A stretch of DNA of 64,000 nucleotides, taken from positions 137,764,001 to 137,828,000 of the forward strand of contig NW_024704742.1 in the NCBI RefSeq assembly GCF_018977255.1, in the 5' to 3' direction. Shown in pieces: positions 50,500-64,000 of this stretch. Made by a program: the position numbers and the translations under genes. Within the stretch, counting starts at the first letter, position 1; every line of letters begins with the position of its first letter. Below the pieces are notes generated by a model that was given only the letters and a program-made list of their open reading frames with translations, was not told the origin of the DNA and ran no database searches. The stretch is from Callorhinchus milii. Taxonomy: Eukaryota.

Positions 50500-51760
50500 C
50501 AGCAACTTGCGCCCAACAATTTATATAACGCCCTCCACGCAGGGTCGTGTCTCAGAGCGCTTAGCAGTGGCGGAGCCTAACTCCGAGCCAGGGGTAGTGG
50601 CCGTAAGCATGGTTGAAGAGGAAGATTTTCAGGTTGGACTTGAAAAACGGGAGAGAGGGGGCAAGGCGGAAGGATTGAGGAAGAGTGTTCCGGAGTTTCG
50701 GGGTGTAGTGGCAGAAAGCACGACCTCTGATGGTGGGGCAGAGAGTGTGGGGTATGAGCAGTGCCAGTCAAGCGGAGCCTCCAGGTGGTGGATTGAAGAG
50801 TGAAGAGGTAGGGAGGTGCCAGAGAGTGAAGGGATTTGAACACGAGTGTAAGGATCTTCAACTCAATCCATTCAGTGATGGGAAGAACTGGTGAGATGTG
50901 GGTACGGAGTCTGGTCCCGGTCAGTATGCGGGCGGCAGAGTTCTGAGTGAGCTGGATCTCTTGAATGGTAAAGCTGGGGAGACCGGCGAGGAGTGCGTTT
51001 GAGTAATCCAAGTGGGAGGTGACAAATGCATGCACAAGGGTTTCGGCTGCATTTGGGATAAGGTAGGTCAGATGTTGCAGGCAATGTTGCACAGGTGGAA
51101 GAAGGCGGTCCTGGTCAGGAACCGGATGTCGGGGAGGAACAACAGCTGAAGGTTGAACTGGATGCCTTGATTGTGCACTGGTTCGGTGAGTGTGAGGGAG
51201 AGACCAAGGAGGTTGAGCAGTTCAGATCTGCAGGAGTGAAGATGTTGACAGAAACCAAGGAGTATGGCTTCCTTCTTGTCCACATTCCACGTGCAGGAAG
51301 TTTACACTCATCCAGGCCTTGAATTCTGCCAGACAAGCTGTTAGAACATCGTCAGACTTGGAGTATTAATACATGCATGCGGATGACACCCAAACTTACT
51401 TTGCTTCCTTTGCATGCATGCATGTATGTACGTAAGTACATACATACATGTTTGCAGATGACATCGCCCCGAGGGAGCGTATAGATGAGGAAAAGAAGAG
51501 GGCCAAGGATGGAGCCCTCTGTTACCCCTCAGGTGTCCGAGCAGAGGGGGGAGGAGAAACCATTTGCTGAGGTGAAATGGAAGCGGTTGGTTCTGTAGGA
51601 CTAGAACCATGTGAGTGCGGTCCCACTAAGGTGGATGGGGGAGGAGAAGCAGTGGCGGAGGATGGCATGGTCGACTGTCGAACGCGGTAGAGCGATCCAT
51701 GAGGATGAGGAGGCAGATGGATCCCTGGTTACAGATAAAGAGGATGGCCTTTGTGACTTT
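50500..51760 (-). mobile_element. Decayed L2 (another at about 52990-53500, plus strand)
   Basis: ORF 50577-51092 with LVHAFVTSHLDYSN. Confidence 0.85.
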
Positions 51761-54700
51761 GACAAGCGCTGACTCTGTGCTGTGATTTAGCGCTTTATTA
51801 CATCTTCGAGACGTCTCAAAGCGCATCACAGAATATACTGTAAAGTGAATTGAATGTATATTTTGTGGGCGAAACGCGGCAGCCAATTGTGCACAGCAGC
51901 GTCCCACAAACAGTCGTGGATCGAGTGACCAAATTATTATTACAATTTTTTTGAAGGCACTATTAACCCCGGAAAACTGATCGTCAATCGACTAACAAAA
52001 AGTTTCCTTCTTACTGCTAGGTAAACAGAGGCATGTGGAGGCGTATCACATCTTCGAGATGACTCAAAGCCCTTCAAAGAATATACTGTAAAGTGAATCA
52101 ACTTTATTTTGTGGGAGAAAATGTACAATAGATTGGTATTCCGAGTGATATTAGGAGGAGCGGTGCATTGTCAGAGGTGCCGTGCTTTGAGGATGTTTGA
52201 GGTCCCATCTATCTGCGTTTTCAGGTCAAAATTAAGGATCTTGCAGGGCTATTGGAAAAGAGAAGGGAGTTCCCCTGGTGTGCTGGCCGCCAGTCCTCCA
52301 GATTAATCGCTCATTTGTTCTTGTGTTGTTTCTGGGACTTTCTTGGGTGCAAAATGTCCGCCACATATTCTGAACAACGACTCACTACATGTGACATTTT
52401 GAATCATTCAGTTGTGGTAAACTGCTCGGAAAAAAAATCATATCTTGCCTGTAATCCGCTCCATGTTATTGCTACTAAATAGAGATTTGCTGCAAAATGT
52501 CTGTCACTTTCCTCCCTCCAGCATTCGTTCCTTCTGGTGATTTGTTAAAGCGAACTTCTTGAAACATCTGTAAATCCTTCCCCTGGCTATCTACATCTGT
52601 GTTATGTGTATTAGTATTATATCTGTGAGAGAACACAGACCCACATCCCTCCAGCCTCCATCCTCCAGCCTGGTGCTTGTGCTCCTCCCCACTATCACAT
52701 AGCCTTCTATTAATAATCCTTCCATTTGATTTTTTGGCCCCTTTTCACGTGAGTTGGAGAATGCTAAGACATCTCAAAGCGCTTCACAGAATATTGCAAC
52801 CGTATATTTTGTGGGCAAAATGTGGCAGCCAATTGCGCGGAGCAGCATCCCACCAACAGTCATGGATTGAANTTTTTTTTGAGGGATTATTACCCCCAGA
52901 AAACGATCCACCAATCTGCTGACAATCGTGTTTCTACTCACTGCTAGGTAAACAGGTGTGTGGGGTAAAAAAAAATCTTGCCTAAGGCTTCTTTAGTGCT
53001 GGAAGATACTACCTACCTCACTCCAAAAGCCACTGAAACCCTGGTCCATTCCTTTGTCACCTCTCAGCTGGACTATTCAAATGCCCTCCTCGCCGGTCTC
53101 CCCTCCACTACCATCCATAAAATCCAGGTTATACAAAACTCTGCCGCCCGCATTCTTACCCGCACCCCGATTACCCCAGTCCTGGCCAGACTGCACTGGC
53201 TGCCTGTCCCAGAGAGGATCGACTTCAAGATCCTCACCCTTGTCTTCAAATCCCTCCACTCTTCTGCGCCCCCCCCGACCTCTCTGATCTCCTCTCTCCT
53301 CAAATAGTGCCCGTTGCCTTCGTTCCACCGGGTCTCTCCTCCTTGTTCCCCGAGTCCTCGGCTCCACCCTCGGTGGTTGTGCCTTCAGCCACTACACACC
53401 GAAGCTCTAGAACTCCCTTCCTCACTACCTTTGCCCTCTCTTCCTATTTTTAGATCTTGGCTGAAGACCTTTCTTTTCGACTGCGCCTTTGGTCACCTTC
53501 CTCCCCTCCCCGAGGGACACATTTCACCCACAAATATACAGTCAATTCACTTTATTCTATTCTGTAAAGCGCTTTGAGATGTCTAGAAGACGTAAAATGC
53601 GCTATATCAAATGCAAGGATTATTATATATATTTTTATTCTACTTACCTAATGCTGGAGAGTATTAGTTGTGGGTTGGGGGCCCCAGAGTGGCTATAACT
53701 GCTGGAATTTAACCAGCTAAAACCACATCACTTGCTGTTGAGAGCACTGTCTGGTAAACGTTTTCCCGAGTGTCCACTTCCTATTGCAGTTTTGTGTTGC
53801 TGGATTAACAGGAGCCGAGTAGGAAGAATGGCTGCCCCAGTGACTGCTCCTGTGATTGCAGACCATCTGGTCCCTCTATATCTTGGTGACATGTTTGCCA
53901 TCACATTGTCCATCTCAGAGACCTTCAAACTATAAAATTGGTGGTGAGAATGGGAAAGTCATTTGGTATTGTTTTGGTAAAGTTGTCACATGGCCAGAAT
54001 CTTAGACACCAATTAAATACCATCTCGCCATTCAGCAATTAACTAAGTATCACAGGAAGCTGCCTCAAATTGTGGGATGAATGTAAAATTATTATTTAGT
54101 CTAAAACTTTGTTGAGAGTTTGATAACAATTGGGACATATGTAACATTTACTTTGTTCCAAGCAATATTTGATCTTGTTATGTGTTGTGTGATAACTTTT
54201 AACCTATTTCTTCATGAGCATTTCACTGGAGGACAGCCAGGAAGATTGCCTTGGATCAGAACAGACTGTGACATGTTTTATTTCTTTAACAGTCTGCTGA
54301 ATCTGTTCTCTGTTCCCTTCACGCCATTGCAACTTTTTATGTTTGGTCAACAAGGCCATCATTGCCAAACCAAATCATTGAGAGTTCCACATCTATTTGT
54401 CTGGCATGGAATAGTTTGTGGAGAGATGCATCCTGTTCATCCAATGCTGGAGTGTATTAAGTACAGGGTGTAAGAGTTAAGCTAAAACTGCAGTCTACTA
54501 CAGTAGAGCACTGACAAGCTTCCTGCTGCTTGTCCAACTATGACCACCCTACAACCCGTTAGGGCTTTGGTTTGCAGGGATAACAGGATCTGAGTGGGAA
54601 AATTCCATGTCCCCAATGACTGCTCTACCCATCCCAAGTCCTGCGAATGAGGCATGCTGGCTGGTCTGTCATTAGCATGTACTATATACCGGTCTCGCTC

Positions 54701-55457
54701 GGGAACTAGTAAGACTGCCACAAAGATCAACTCAATTCCATTCAATATTCCTTTGTTTTCAGATTTCCAGCATTTACAGTATTTTGTGTTTTGTCCAACA
54801 TTCCTTTGCTCGGCACTTCACCTTGGAGCTAACGTTCTCTTAAGAGACTCTGCTTACCTCCACCCCCACCGTGGATTGATAGTCATTGCAGTTTATAGGA
54901 GTGAGGTGATTTGGAATGAAAATTAAAATTGCCATTTAATTACCAGTGAAACAACAAACTGAGGTCCTGGCTGCTTGAACTAGTGGACACTAAAAATCTC
55001 ATGACACAGTTGGAAAAGAGAAGAGAGTTTCTGGCTGATGATCCCCCAGATAAAACTGGTCCTTGTCACATACAAAATGGCAGCTGCCTTTGCCTAGGAT
55101 TTTTTTTTGACAGTTAGTACAGCAAAAAGCATTTTGGCTTTGTGGCATGATAAAGTGCTATAAAAATACGAAGTCTTTTGTCTAAATGGGGAGGGAAGGA
55201 GGGGTAGGAGCAGTTTCTCAGAACAATCAGCTTTTATTCTAAGGTCAAATTCTTACTGGGATTATGGAGTACATTTCGACTTAATTTCCCCTACCTACCG
55301 CCATTCCACCTGCTTAAGATTTGGAGCGTATAAAGCTGCTATCACCTGATTCCGAACTCTCACTTGTGAAATGCGTGTTTGTGAACTGCGTGTTTGTAGG
55401 GAAAGGGTTGTGCTTTGTCTGCTGTTCACTAAATTCTCTTATCTTGTTTCTCCATAG

Positions 55458-55538
55458 GCTGACAGCAAGCGCCTTGGACGTGATGTTATTTGGACGTGAT
55501 GTTATTTGGGTGACTGCGCTCGCTATCTGAGCCAAGCC
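55458..55538 (+). other. Candidate non-coding 5' UTR exon of SLC5A6
   Basis: Strong acceptor tctcttatcttgtttctccatAG and donor GTAAGC, about 440 nt upstream of the ATG; contains a short direct duplication (ttggacgtgatgttatt). Confidence 0.35.
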
Positions 55539-55976
55539 GTAAGCCCTCGTGATGCCCTTGCTCCCAAGTCTCCTTCAAATCTCCTCATTGGCCAGTTTGT
55601 TTTCTTTGGAACGATTCCCCAAGCGGTTAATGCTGAATCTTCTAATTCTCGTTTAATGAAAGGCTTACACTAAAGAAAGTTCTTGTGCCAACTTGCCCCC
55701 CCCCCTCACCACCCCCACATTCCACATGAGTCTCCGAGTGATTTTGCAAGGTCTTGGTGCAGTGAATGTTAATGATTCCTGCACTCCATAACCAGCAATT
55801 GCAATGTTGACTGTGAGGTGTTCTCCAATCCTGATCAGACTTGATTTACCCCTTTGAACCCTGTGTCTTCTGACTTCCCATGAGCTGCCCGGCCACCTGG
55901 ATGTTAGCAGCCTTCGCTGGACTCAACATCTCGGCTGCTCGTTACCACTTTTAGCCGAAGATCTGGCAACTGGGAA

Positions 55977-56324
55977 ATGGCCTCTCCTGCAATCATCCAC
56001 TTTACTCCTATCGACTATGTCATCTTTGTCCTGCTCCTGGTCCTGTCCTCTGCTATCGGACTGTTCTACGCCCTCTATGGCGGGAAACAAAGGACCACGC
56101 AGGAATTCCTGCTCGCCGATCGCAGCATGGGCTTCCTGCCGGTAGCTCTGTCGCTCCTCGCCACCTTCCAGTCAGCGGTGGCCATCCTCGGCGTCCCGGC
56201 TGAAATTTACAGGTTCGGCACCGAATACTGGTTCCTCGGCTGCTCCTACTTCCTGGGACTCCTCATCCCAGCTCACATCTTCCTTCCTATGTTCTACCGG
56301 CTCAGACTTACCAGCACCTATGAG
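55977..56324 (+). CDS. SLC5A6: Sodium-dependent multivitamin transporter, first coding exon (116 codons)
   Basis: [16 protein letters not shown]...[51 protein letters not shown] matches SMVT; donor GTAAGA. Confidence 0.95.
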
Positions 56325-57567
56325 GTAAGAGGGCATTGGTTACTCAGCGATCCCTCGGCAAAACGGACGGCGGCGGGAGGGGGATGACGGCAGCCAGGTA
56401 TGGGGAAGGGGCAGAGTCGGAGAGACAGCACCAGGGAAGGAAAGGGAGAGGGGCAGCAGAGGGAGGGAACAGAGGGAGCGAGAAGAGGAACCGAGGCTGG
56501 GAGGGGCAGAGGGATAGAGAGAGCCAGGAGAAAAATATTAGTACTGTATAGAAACTGGCTTCTAAATTAAGAATTTTTCACAATTCGTCATTTTAGTAAT
56601 AATACTTGCATTTGATGCAGCTCATCACGTCTTTGAGACGTCTCAAAGCGCTTCACAGAACATACTGTATATTGTGTGGGTGAAAGACCATGGTATTCAG
56701 ACTAGGACACTGAGGAATTGTTTTAGTCTCCTTCACTGCCTCTCTGTGTTGTGCCACTTGTGTTGTTTTAGTGAGCTAAAAAATTAAGTTACCAATTCAC
56801 AGATGCCTTACAGTTTGGCTGCTGTCCTGTTACAGTGAGGCTGGAGGACACAACACAACCAAAATAGAGGTGGTCAGTAAGTAACCTGATTCTCAGTTAT
56901 TTGCAGAGCGGTGAGAGATTATATAAACTTCAGTGGTGAGCCCAATATCCACAATGATTCTGAATATGAAAACAGTGCAGATATCAGGTCATCACACAAA
57001 ACACATTATACCGTCTTTGCAAATCATTGGGAGTTATACAGTTACTATAGTGTAACTGTGCAAGTCAGCCATTTCTCCTCCCCCACACAGTGACTCTTTG
57101 CCTCTATTTGTCTCTCCCCTTTCTACTCTCTTTCGTCTTCCCTTTATATATCTCTATATATCTCTCTCGCTGTGTCTTTCAGACTCCTCTCTTTATCTTT
57201 TGTGTCTTCTGACTTTTTTTCGTGCTTACGGTCACCTCCCCCTTCTTCCCGGCTCGGCATTGCTTATCGTTCTGAGACACTAACCCTCGTGAAAGTTGCT
57301 ATATAAATGCAAGTTGTTGTTTTTAACTCTGAAATCTCTGTAATTGTCTGTCTCTCTCTCGCTCATCTCCCTTCCTCCCACCCTCCATTCTCTCTTTTAT
57401 CTATATAACAGATCTATGTCAGTTTGCTCCATCTTGTGCTGCTGGGTAGAGAAAAGGTTGCTGCTGATTACAGTGCTTGCATATGTGATGGCAGATTTCT
57501 CCACTAAATTTCAAAGCCACTTTATCTCCTCTGGATCTGCAGTTATCTGAGATGTGGATGTACATTA

Positions 57568-59614
57568 CATATCAAGAAAAAAAGGCTCGTCAAAGGTAGG
57601 GTAGGGCCAAATAAGGACCAAAGGTGAAATCTTATTGTGGAGGCAGAGGGCACGGCTGATGTACTGAATGAGTACTTTGCATCTGTCTTCACAAAAAAAT
57701 GGATGCACCAAATGCCGCAGTATCAGAGGAGAGGGGAGAGGAAATACATAGGATAAGTATAAACGGAGAGGAAGTACTGAAAAGGTTGACTGGGCTGAAG
57801 GTGATAGGTCGCCTGGTCCGGACGGGATGCAGCCGAGGTTACTATGGGAGGTACGGGTACAAATAGCGGAGGCTTTGGCTACAATTTTTCAATCTTCATT
57901 GAACACAGGAGTGGTGCCCGAGGACTGGAGAGTGGCCAATGTGACTCCATGTACAAAAAGGGACAGGAGGACAAACCTGGGAACTACAGGCCAGTCAGCC
58001 TAACATCAGTAGTGGGGAAACTCCTGGAGACTATAATCCAGGACAGAATAATAATCCCTCCAAAATAATAATAAATTGGTCATTTTCAATCCATGACTGT
58101 TTGTGTGGACGTCCTCCCGACGTGAAAGGCGCTCTATAAATGGAATCTTGTTGTTGTTGTTGTGTGACACTACTATGCGCAATTGGCTGCCGCGTTTCGC
58201 CCACAGATATACGGTCAATTCATTTTACAGTCTATTCTGTGAAGCGCTTTGAGATGTCGAGAAAACGTGAAGAAGTGCTATATCAAATGCAAGGATTATT
58301 ATTATTATCAATAAATCTTCACTTAGAAGAATATGGGTTAATTAGGGACAGCCAACATGGATTTGTTAAAGGCAAATCTTGTCTAACAAATCTAATAGAA
58401 TTTTTCGATGAGGTAACGGAGAGGGGATAATGGTAGTGCAGTTGATGTAGTTTATATGGATTTTCAAAAGGCCTTTGACAAAGTGCCACATGAAAGACTT
58501 GTAAGAAAGATAGAAGTCCACGGTATAAAAGGGACAGTGGCAGCGGATCCAGAACTCACTGGGAGACAGAAAGCAGAGAGTTGTGGTGAACGGCTGCTTT
58601 TCTGACTGGAGGGAAGTGTACAGTGGTGTCCCCAGGGATCGGTATTAGGACCACTGCTCTTCTTAATATACATAAATGATCTGGACTTGGGTATAGCAAG
58701 TACCATTTCCAAGTTTGCGGACGACACAAAGTTAGGGAGGGGGTAAACAGTGAGAAGGATAGGAGCCAACTGCAGGAAGACATAGACAGAATAGTAAAAT
58801 GGGCGACACATGGCAGATGAGTTTCAATGTGGAGAAATGTGAGGTAATTCATTTTGGTAGAAAGAATGAGGGGCAATATAGGCTGATAATACAATCTTAA
58901 AGGGGTAAAAGAACAGAGAGACCTGGGGGTGCAGGTAAATGAATCCTTGAAGGTGGCAGGACAGGGAGATAAGGCTGTAAAAAGGGCATATGGGATACTG
59001 GGCTTTATAAATAGGGGCATAGAGTACAAGAGTCAGGAGGTTATGATTAACCCATATAAACACTGGTTAGGCCTCAGTTAGAATACTGCCCCAGTTCTGG
59101 GCCCCACACTATAGGAAGGATGTTAAGGCATTGGAAAGGGTACAGAGGAGATTTACGAGGATGGGACCAGGAATGAGGGACCGTGATGATGAGGAAAGGC
59201 TGGAGAGGCCGGGATTATCCTCATTGGAGCAGAGAAGGTTACGAGGACCTAATAGAGGTCTTCAAAATCATGAGGGGATTTGATGGGTTAGAAAGGGAAA
59301 AACTGTTCCCACTGGTGGGTGTGTCGGTGACTCAAGGTCACAGATTCAAAATAATCTCTAAAAGAAGTAGGTGAGAAGTAAATTTTTCACGCAGCGAGTT
59401 GTTCGAATCTGGAACATTGCCTGAAAGGGCGGTCGAGGCCGATTCGATAACTACTTTTAAAAACGCGGTGGACGGGTATTTGAGGAGGACGGGTTTGCAG
59501 GTTATGGGGAAAGGGCTGGGGAGTGGGATTAACATTAATTGCTCTTTTCAAAGAGCCGCACAGACTCGATGGGCCGAATGGCCTCTTTTTGTGCTGTACG
59601 ATTCTAAGATTCTA
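57568..59614 (+). mobile_element. 5'-truncated CR1, near-copy of 31376-33425 including the nested insertion; lies in the SLC5A6 intron
   Basis: Direct sequence comparison. Confidence 0.93.
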
Positions 59615-61018
59615 CTGTGTCAGCCTGGGAGCACTCTTACCTCTGGATCTGGTTGTGAAAGATGATCTAGAGAGTTCATCTCTCTCTAGTTTTTGAAGTT
59701 TCAGTCCATGCTGACATTACCGTGCAATGCTGGAGGAGCTTTCCATTGCCACGTCTTTTGGAAAAGATGTTAAACCAAGATCCCATTTTGGATGTTACTT
59801 GCTGAGGTGGATGTTGAATAAAAAGAGAACTTCTCCCAGTATCCTGGCCAACAATCCCCCAGTTAAAATTGGCCATTAATTACATGGCTGTTTGTGGGGT
59901 ATAATATGAGTAAAAATTGGCTGCCATATTTAATCTTCAAATGCACAGTCCCTACACTAAACAGCAAATTCTATGAAGTGCTTTGAACCAAGTTCAACAA
60001 CGTGATGAGGTGCTATATCAATTCCAGAAATTGCAGCTCAGGGGAAGTCGCAAAGCCCACCAATACTAAACTGGTACTAGTTTATTCAATGAAGATAGCT
60101 ATTTTGATCCCAGTTCCCTGCTCTATCCGTTTACGTTCTTCCTCTTGAAATTCTTATTCCCTCTTAAATTCTTCTCATGCTTAAAGAGTACAAAATGTGC
60201 TTGGTGGAGTCACTGAGCAGTGACAGTTTGAGGATTGAGATTGACCTTGTGTTTGGTCCAACGCCTTATCACTTCGAAACATCTCAAATTTGTGTCACAC
60301 CTTGAGTTACTTTGAAGTTCGGTGACCGTTGCTCTGTAGGTAAATGTAGAATTAATCTGATATCTGGATTTCAGATTACCGGAGACGTCAAAAGAGCTCC
60401 CTGCGTTTTGGAAATAGTGTCACGGGATTTTTTAACATCCATCTCGCTTTATCGTTTCATCTGAAGGATGAGAGTCAGAGTACCTCTGACAATGCAGTAC
60501 CTCTCTATCTAGTCTGTGAGGTTAAATGTGAATGCATTAAAGTGTCAGCTTGGCTCCGGGTCAGAAGGTTGTGGCTTCAAGCCCCATGTTGGAGACCTGA
60601 GCTCACAGTCCGAGCTGACGCGCCTTGTGGGATGTTAAAATGAGATCACATTCGTCTGTTGAACAGCTGCGATCTTAAAAAAGAGAAGGAAATTTCTCCT
60701 AATGTCCTGACCAACAATCCTCCAGGTTGTTCAGCCGTTTACCCCATGGTATTTGTGCCAAAATGGTTGTGTTTAACTGCAAAAAAAGTCACTTCAGATA
60801 AGACATTAAACTGAGCTCCCGTCTGTCTGCCTGGCCAGGATCTCTCTGTCAGGTGGACATTAAAGATCCATTGGCTTTCGAAAAGAGAAGACTGGTTTGG
60901 CCGAGTGGCCTGTTTTTGTGTTGTAAATTCTGCGGAAATGTTTGTGAGACTGGGTTGTGGCTCGTTCCCTCACATCAGCATGACTACTCACCCCTCTTCC
61001 CCTGTGTTTTTTCCACAG

Positions 61019-61084
61019 TACCTGGAACTCCGCTTCAACAAAGCCACTCGACTGTGTGGGACGCTGACCTTTATCTTTCAGATG
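61019..61084 (+). CDS. SLC5A6: SLC5A6 second coding exon (YLELRFNKATRLCGTLTFIFQM)
   Basis: Polypyrimidine tract plus cacAG, GTGAGT donor, phase 0-0; continues the SMVT sequence. Later exons lie beyond the window. Confidence 0.95.
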
Positions 61085-61339
61085 GTGAGTGCAGCGCGCT
61101 GATGGACAATTGCGGTGGATCACTCAATTGAAAGCGGGCACGAGCTGCTCGACTGGAATCCAAACCATGTCACAACAGCAACAACGTGCACTTTCCACAC
61201 AGGGTCAGTGTCTCAAAGCCCTTCTCAGAGTCAAAGGAGAATACCAAGCAGGGCTTTGACCACAACAGCAACAACTTTCATTTCAAGAATTATAGAATTA
61301 TACAGCACAAAAGGAGGCCATTCGGACCATCATGTCTGT

Positions 61340-63860
61340 GCCGACCACCAAATAGTGGGAAGGAGATGGATGAGTAAATCTGCAAGCAGATTTCAGACAG
61401 ATGTAAAACCAATAAGAGTAGTGATAATGGGAGACTTCAGTTATCTTAACATAGTCTCACAAAATAACAGTGTAAAGGGCAAGGAGGGGGAAGGATTCCT
61501 GAAATGTGTGCAGGATAACCTTCTGGATCAGTATATTTCCAGCCCAATGAGGAAGGAAGCAATGCTGGATCTAGTTCTGGAGAATGAAATGGGGCAAGTG
61601 GAGCAGGTTTCAGTAGGAGAGCAGCTGGACAACTAATCAATTAGGTTTAGAGTATTTATGGAAAGGGACAAGGAGCAATCAAAGGTAAAGGTACTGAACT
61701 GGAAGAGGGCTTATTTCAGTGAGTTAAAAAGAGATCTAGCTAATGTGGACTGGAACGAAAGATTTGCAGATAAAACAGCTAACGACCAATGGGAAGCCTT
61801 CAAAGAGGAGAAAGTTCGGGGACAGAACAAATACATTCCCACAAAGGGGAAAGGAGGGTATCCAAATATCTCTGAATAAATAAGGAAATTCAGGTTAAAA
61901 TAATACAGAAAAAGGAGGCTTATGATAAATGTTAGGCCCAAAATACAGAAGATAATCAAATAGAATATAGAAAGTACAGAGAGAACTGAAAAAGGAAATA
62001 AGGGGAGCAAAGAGATTGTATGAGAAACGATTAGCGGGTATAAAAAGGAACCCTAAGGTAATTTGTAAGCACATAAAGAATAAAAGGTTAGTCAAAGGTA
62101 GGGTGGGTCCAATTAGGGACCAAAGAGGAAATCTTGTGGAGGCAGAGGGCATGGCTGTTGGTCTGAATGAATAGTTTGCATCTGTCTTCACAAAAGAAGA
62201 GGATGCAGCCAATGCCACAGCTTTGGAGGAGAGAATAGAGAAATTGGAATAGGATAAGAATAAACCGAGAGGAGATACTACAAAGGTTGTCGTTGTTCAA
62301 AGTAGATAAGTATCCCGGTCCGGATGGTTTCCATCCTAGGTTACTGAGGGAAGTAAGGGTGGAAATAACAGATTTATGTATGTTAGCTCCCAGACCGCTG
62401 CTCTTTTTCTCCTTTTAGCCAGGGGACTGGGGAAAGGCAGATGTTACTCCTATTTTTAAGAAAATAACAAAAGTTAGTTTGACGTCCATTGTGGGTAAAT
62501 TATGGAGACTCTTATTAAGGATAAAATCATGGAGCATCTGAACAGAAATAAAATCATAAATGATAGCCAATATGAGTTCATGAAGGGAAGGTCTTCACAA
62601 TCTAATTTACTGGGTTTTTTTGACTTTGTGACAAGGGAGCTTGATAAGGGTAAGGCTGTGGACGTTGTATATCTAGATCTAAGCGCTCTGAGATGTCGTC
62701 TGGCGTGGAGGGCGCTATATAAATCCAAGTTGTTGTTGTTGTTGTAAGTAAGGCCATTGATACAGTTTCTCTTGAGAGGCTGGTACTGAAAGTTTAAAAA
62801 AAAGTGGGAATCAGTGGAGGTATATTACATTGGATACACAATTGGTTGACCAGAAGAATCCAGATGGTGGTGACGGAAAATGTTCCACAAGGGTCTGTAT
62901 TGGGACCTCTTTTGTTCAATATTTTTATAAATGATCTGGAACTAGGAATTGCGAGCACAAGTGGCTAAGTTTACAGATGGCACCAAGCTAATGAAGATGG
63001 TTGATTGCGAATCTGAACAAGACAGGTTATAGGAGGATTTGAATATACTTGGGAATTGAGCAGATCGGTGGCAGATGAAATTCAGTGTGGAGAAATGTAA
63101 AGTACTTCCCACGTGGACACACAAGCCTGGAAGTGACTATTATTTGGATGGAAGGAAAATAATATGTATGGAAAATGAAAAGGACTTGGGGGTCCTGATT
63201 GACAATAAACTGAATGTGTCCCAATAATGCTCTGTGGCAGTGAGTAAAGCAAACCAGGTGTTGGTATTAAAAGATCAATAGCAGCCGAAATAGTGAGGTA
63301 ATCCTGCCATTGTATAAATCTTTGGTGAGACCATACTTAGAGTATTGTGTGCAGTTCTGAACGCCGCAGTACAAAATGGATATTGGGAAATCGAGAAGAT
63401 ACAGAAGACAGCAACCAAAATGACTGAGGGACTGGAAGGACTGAATGATAAGGAGCGACTGAGAAAAATGTTCACCCTGGAAAAGAGAAGATTGAGAGAC
63501 AACATGATAGCTGTCTTTAAAATTCTAAAGGGGCTAGACAATATAGATCATGACAGGCTGTTTCAACTTGTCAGATATAGTAGAACCAGAGGACACAGCC
63601 TGTGATTGAAGGGGGGTAAATCAGAACCCATGTACCAAACCCTACTTCAGTAGCAAATAGTGAACCTGTGGAACAGGCTTCCTAGGGAGACTGTTGAAGC
63701 AGGAAGTGTTGATTCTTTCAAACAGATAAGATAGTTTTTTTTTAGGAAATAACATTATGGGATATAGCATAAAGGTAGCTTGAGACATATGTACATGCGA
63801 CCGCCAGGAAGGTGGAAGGCGAACTAAATGGACCTTGGTCTTTCTTCGTCCAGCATTTCT
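61340..63860 (+). mobile_element. CR1 fragments (endonuclease part to about 62370; RT and 3' end of another subfamily from about 62400)
   Basis: VIMGDFSY, QYEFMKGRSSQSNLLGFFD, VDVVYLDL. Confidence 0.88.
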
Positions 63861-64000
63861 TATGTTCTTATGTTCTTATATGTTTAATATTTGACCACTT
63901 AGTATTCAACTGTTTCCTCTCCTTATTATATTTCACGTCCTCCCGACATGATAGGTGCTATACAAATGTAATTTTGTTCTGTATTCTTCCTTCTAAAATA

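Noticed and set aside
52872-52872. Single ambiguous base (n)
   Set aside because: Assembly uncertainty beside a T run; relevant only as a caution that 1-nt indels elsewhere may be errors.
54120-54926. ORFs of 87-117 aa upstream of SLC5A6
   Set aside because: Non-ATG or weak starts, no motifs, AT-rich intron-like composition.

Overview
Eukaryotic (vertebrate) genomic DNA, most likely a cartilaginous fish; a holocephalan such as a chimaera is an inference from the repeat content. More than half of the window is decayed L2 and CR1 LINEs plus tRNA-headed Deu-domain SINEs. Minus strand, about 1.4-39.5 kb: a tandem cluster of three SIGLEC15-like receptor genes (A, B, C) that I assembled by hand from splice sites. 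The architecture is signal peptide - V-set - V-set - C2-set plus a Lys-containing transmembrane helix - very short tail. That is one more V domain than mammalian Siglec-15. Gene C is intact (about 419 aa). Genes A and B are recent duplicates with reciprocal 1-nt frameshifts, in V2 and V1 respectively. The C2/TM exon of gene A is not in the window. About 44.9-46.3 kb: a CpG island containing a 54-bp tandem repeat, each unit carrying a YY1 motif and a CCAAT box. Plus strand, 55977-61084: the first two coding exons of SLC5A6 (SMVT). Exon coordinates were checked base by base; repeat boundaries are approximate (plus or minus tens of bp).
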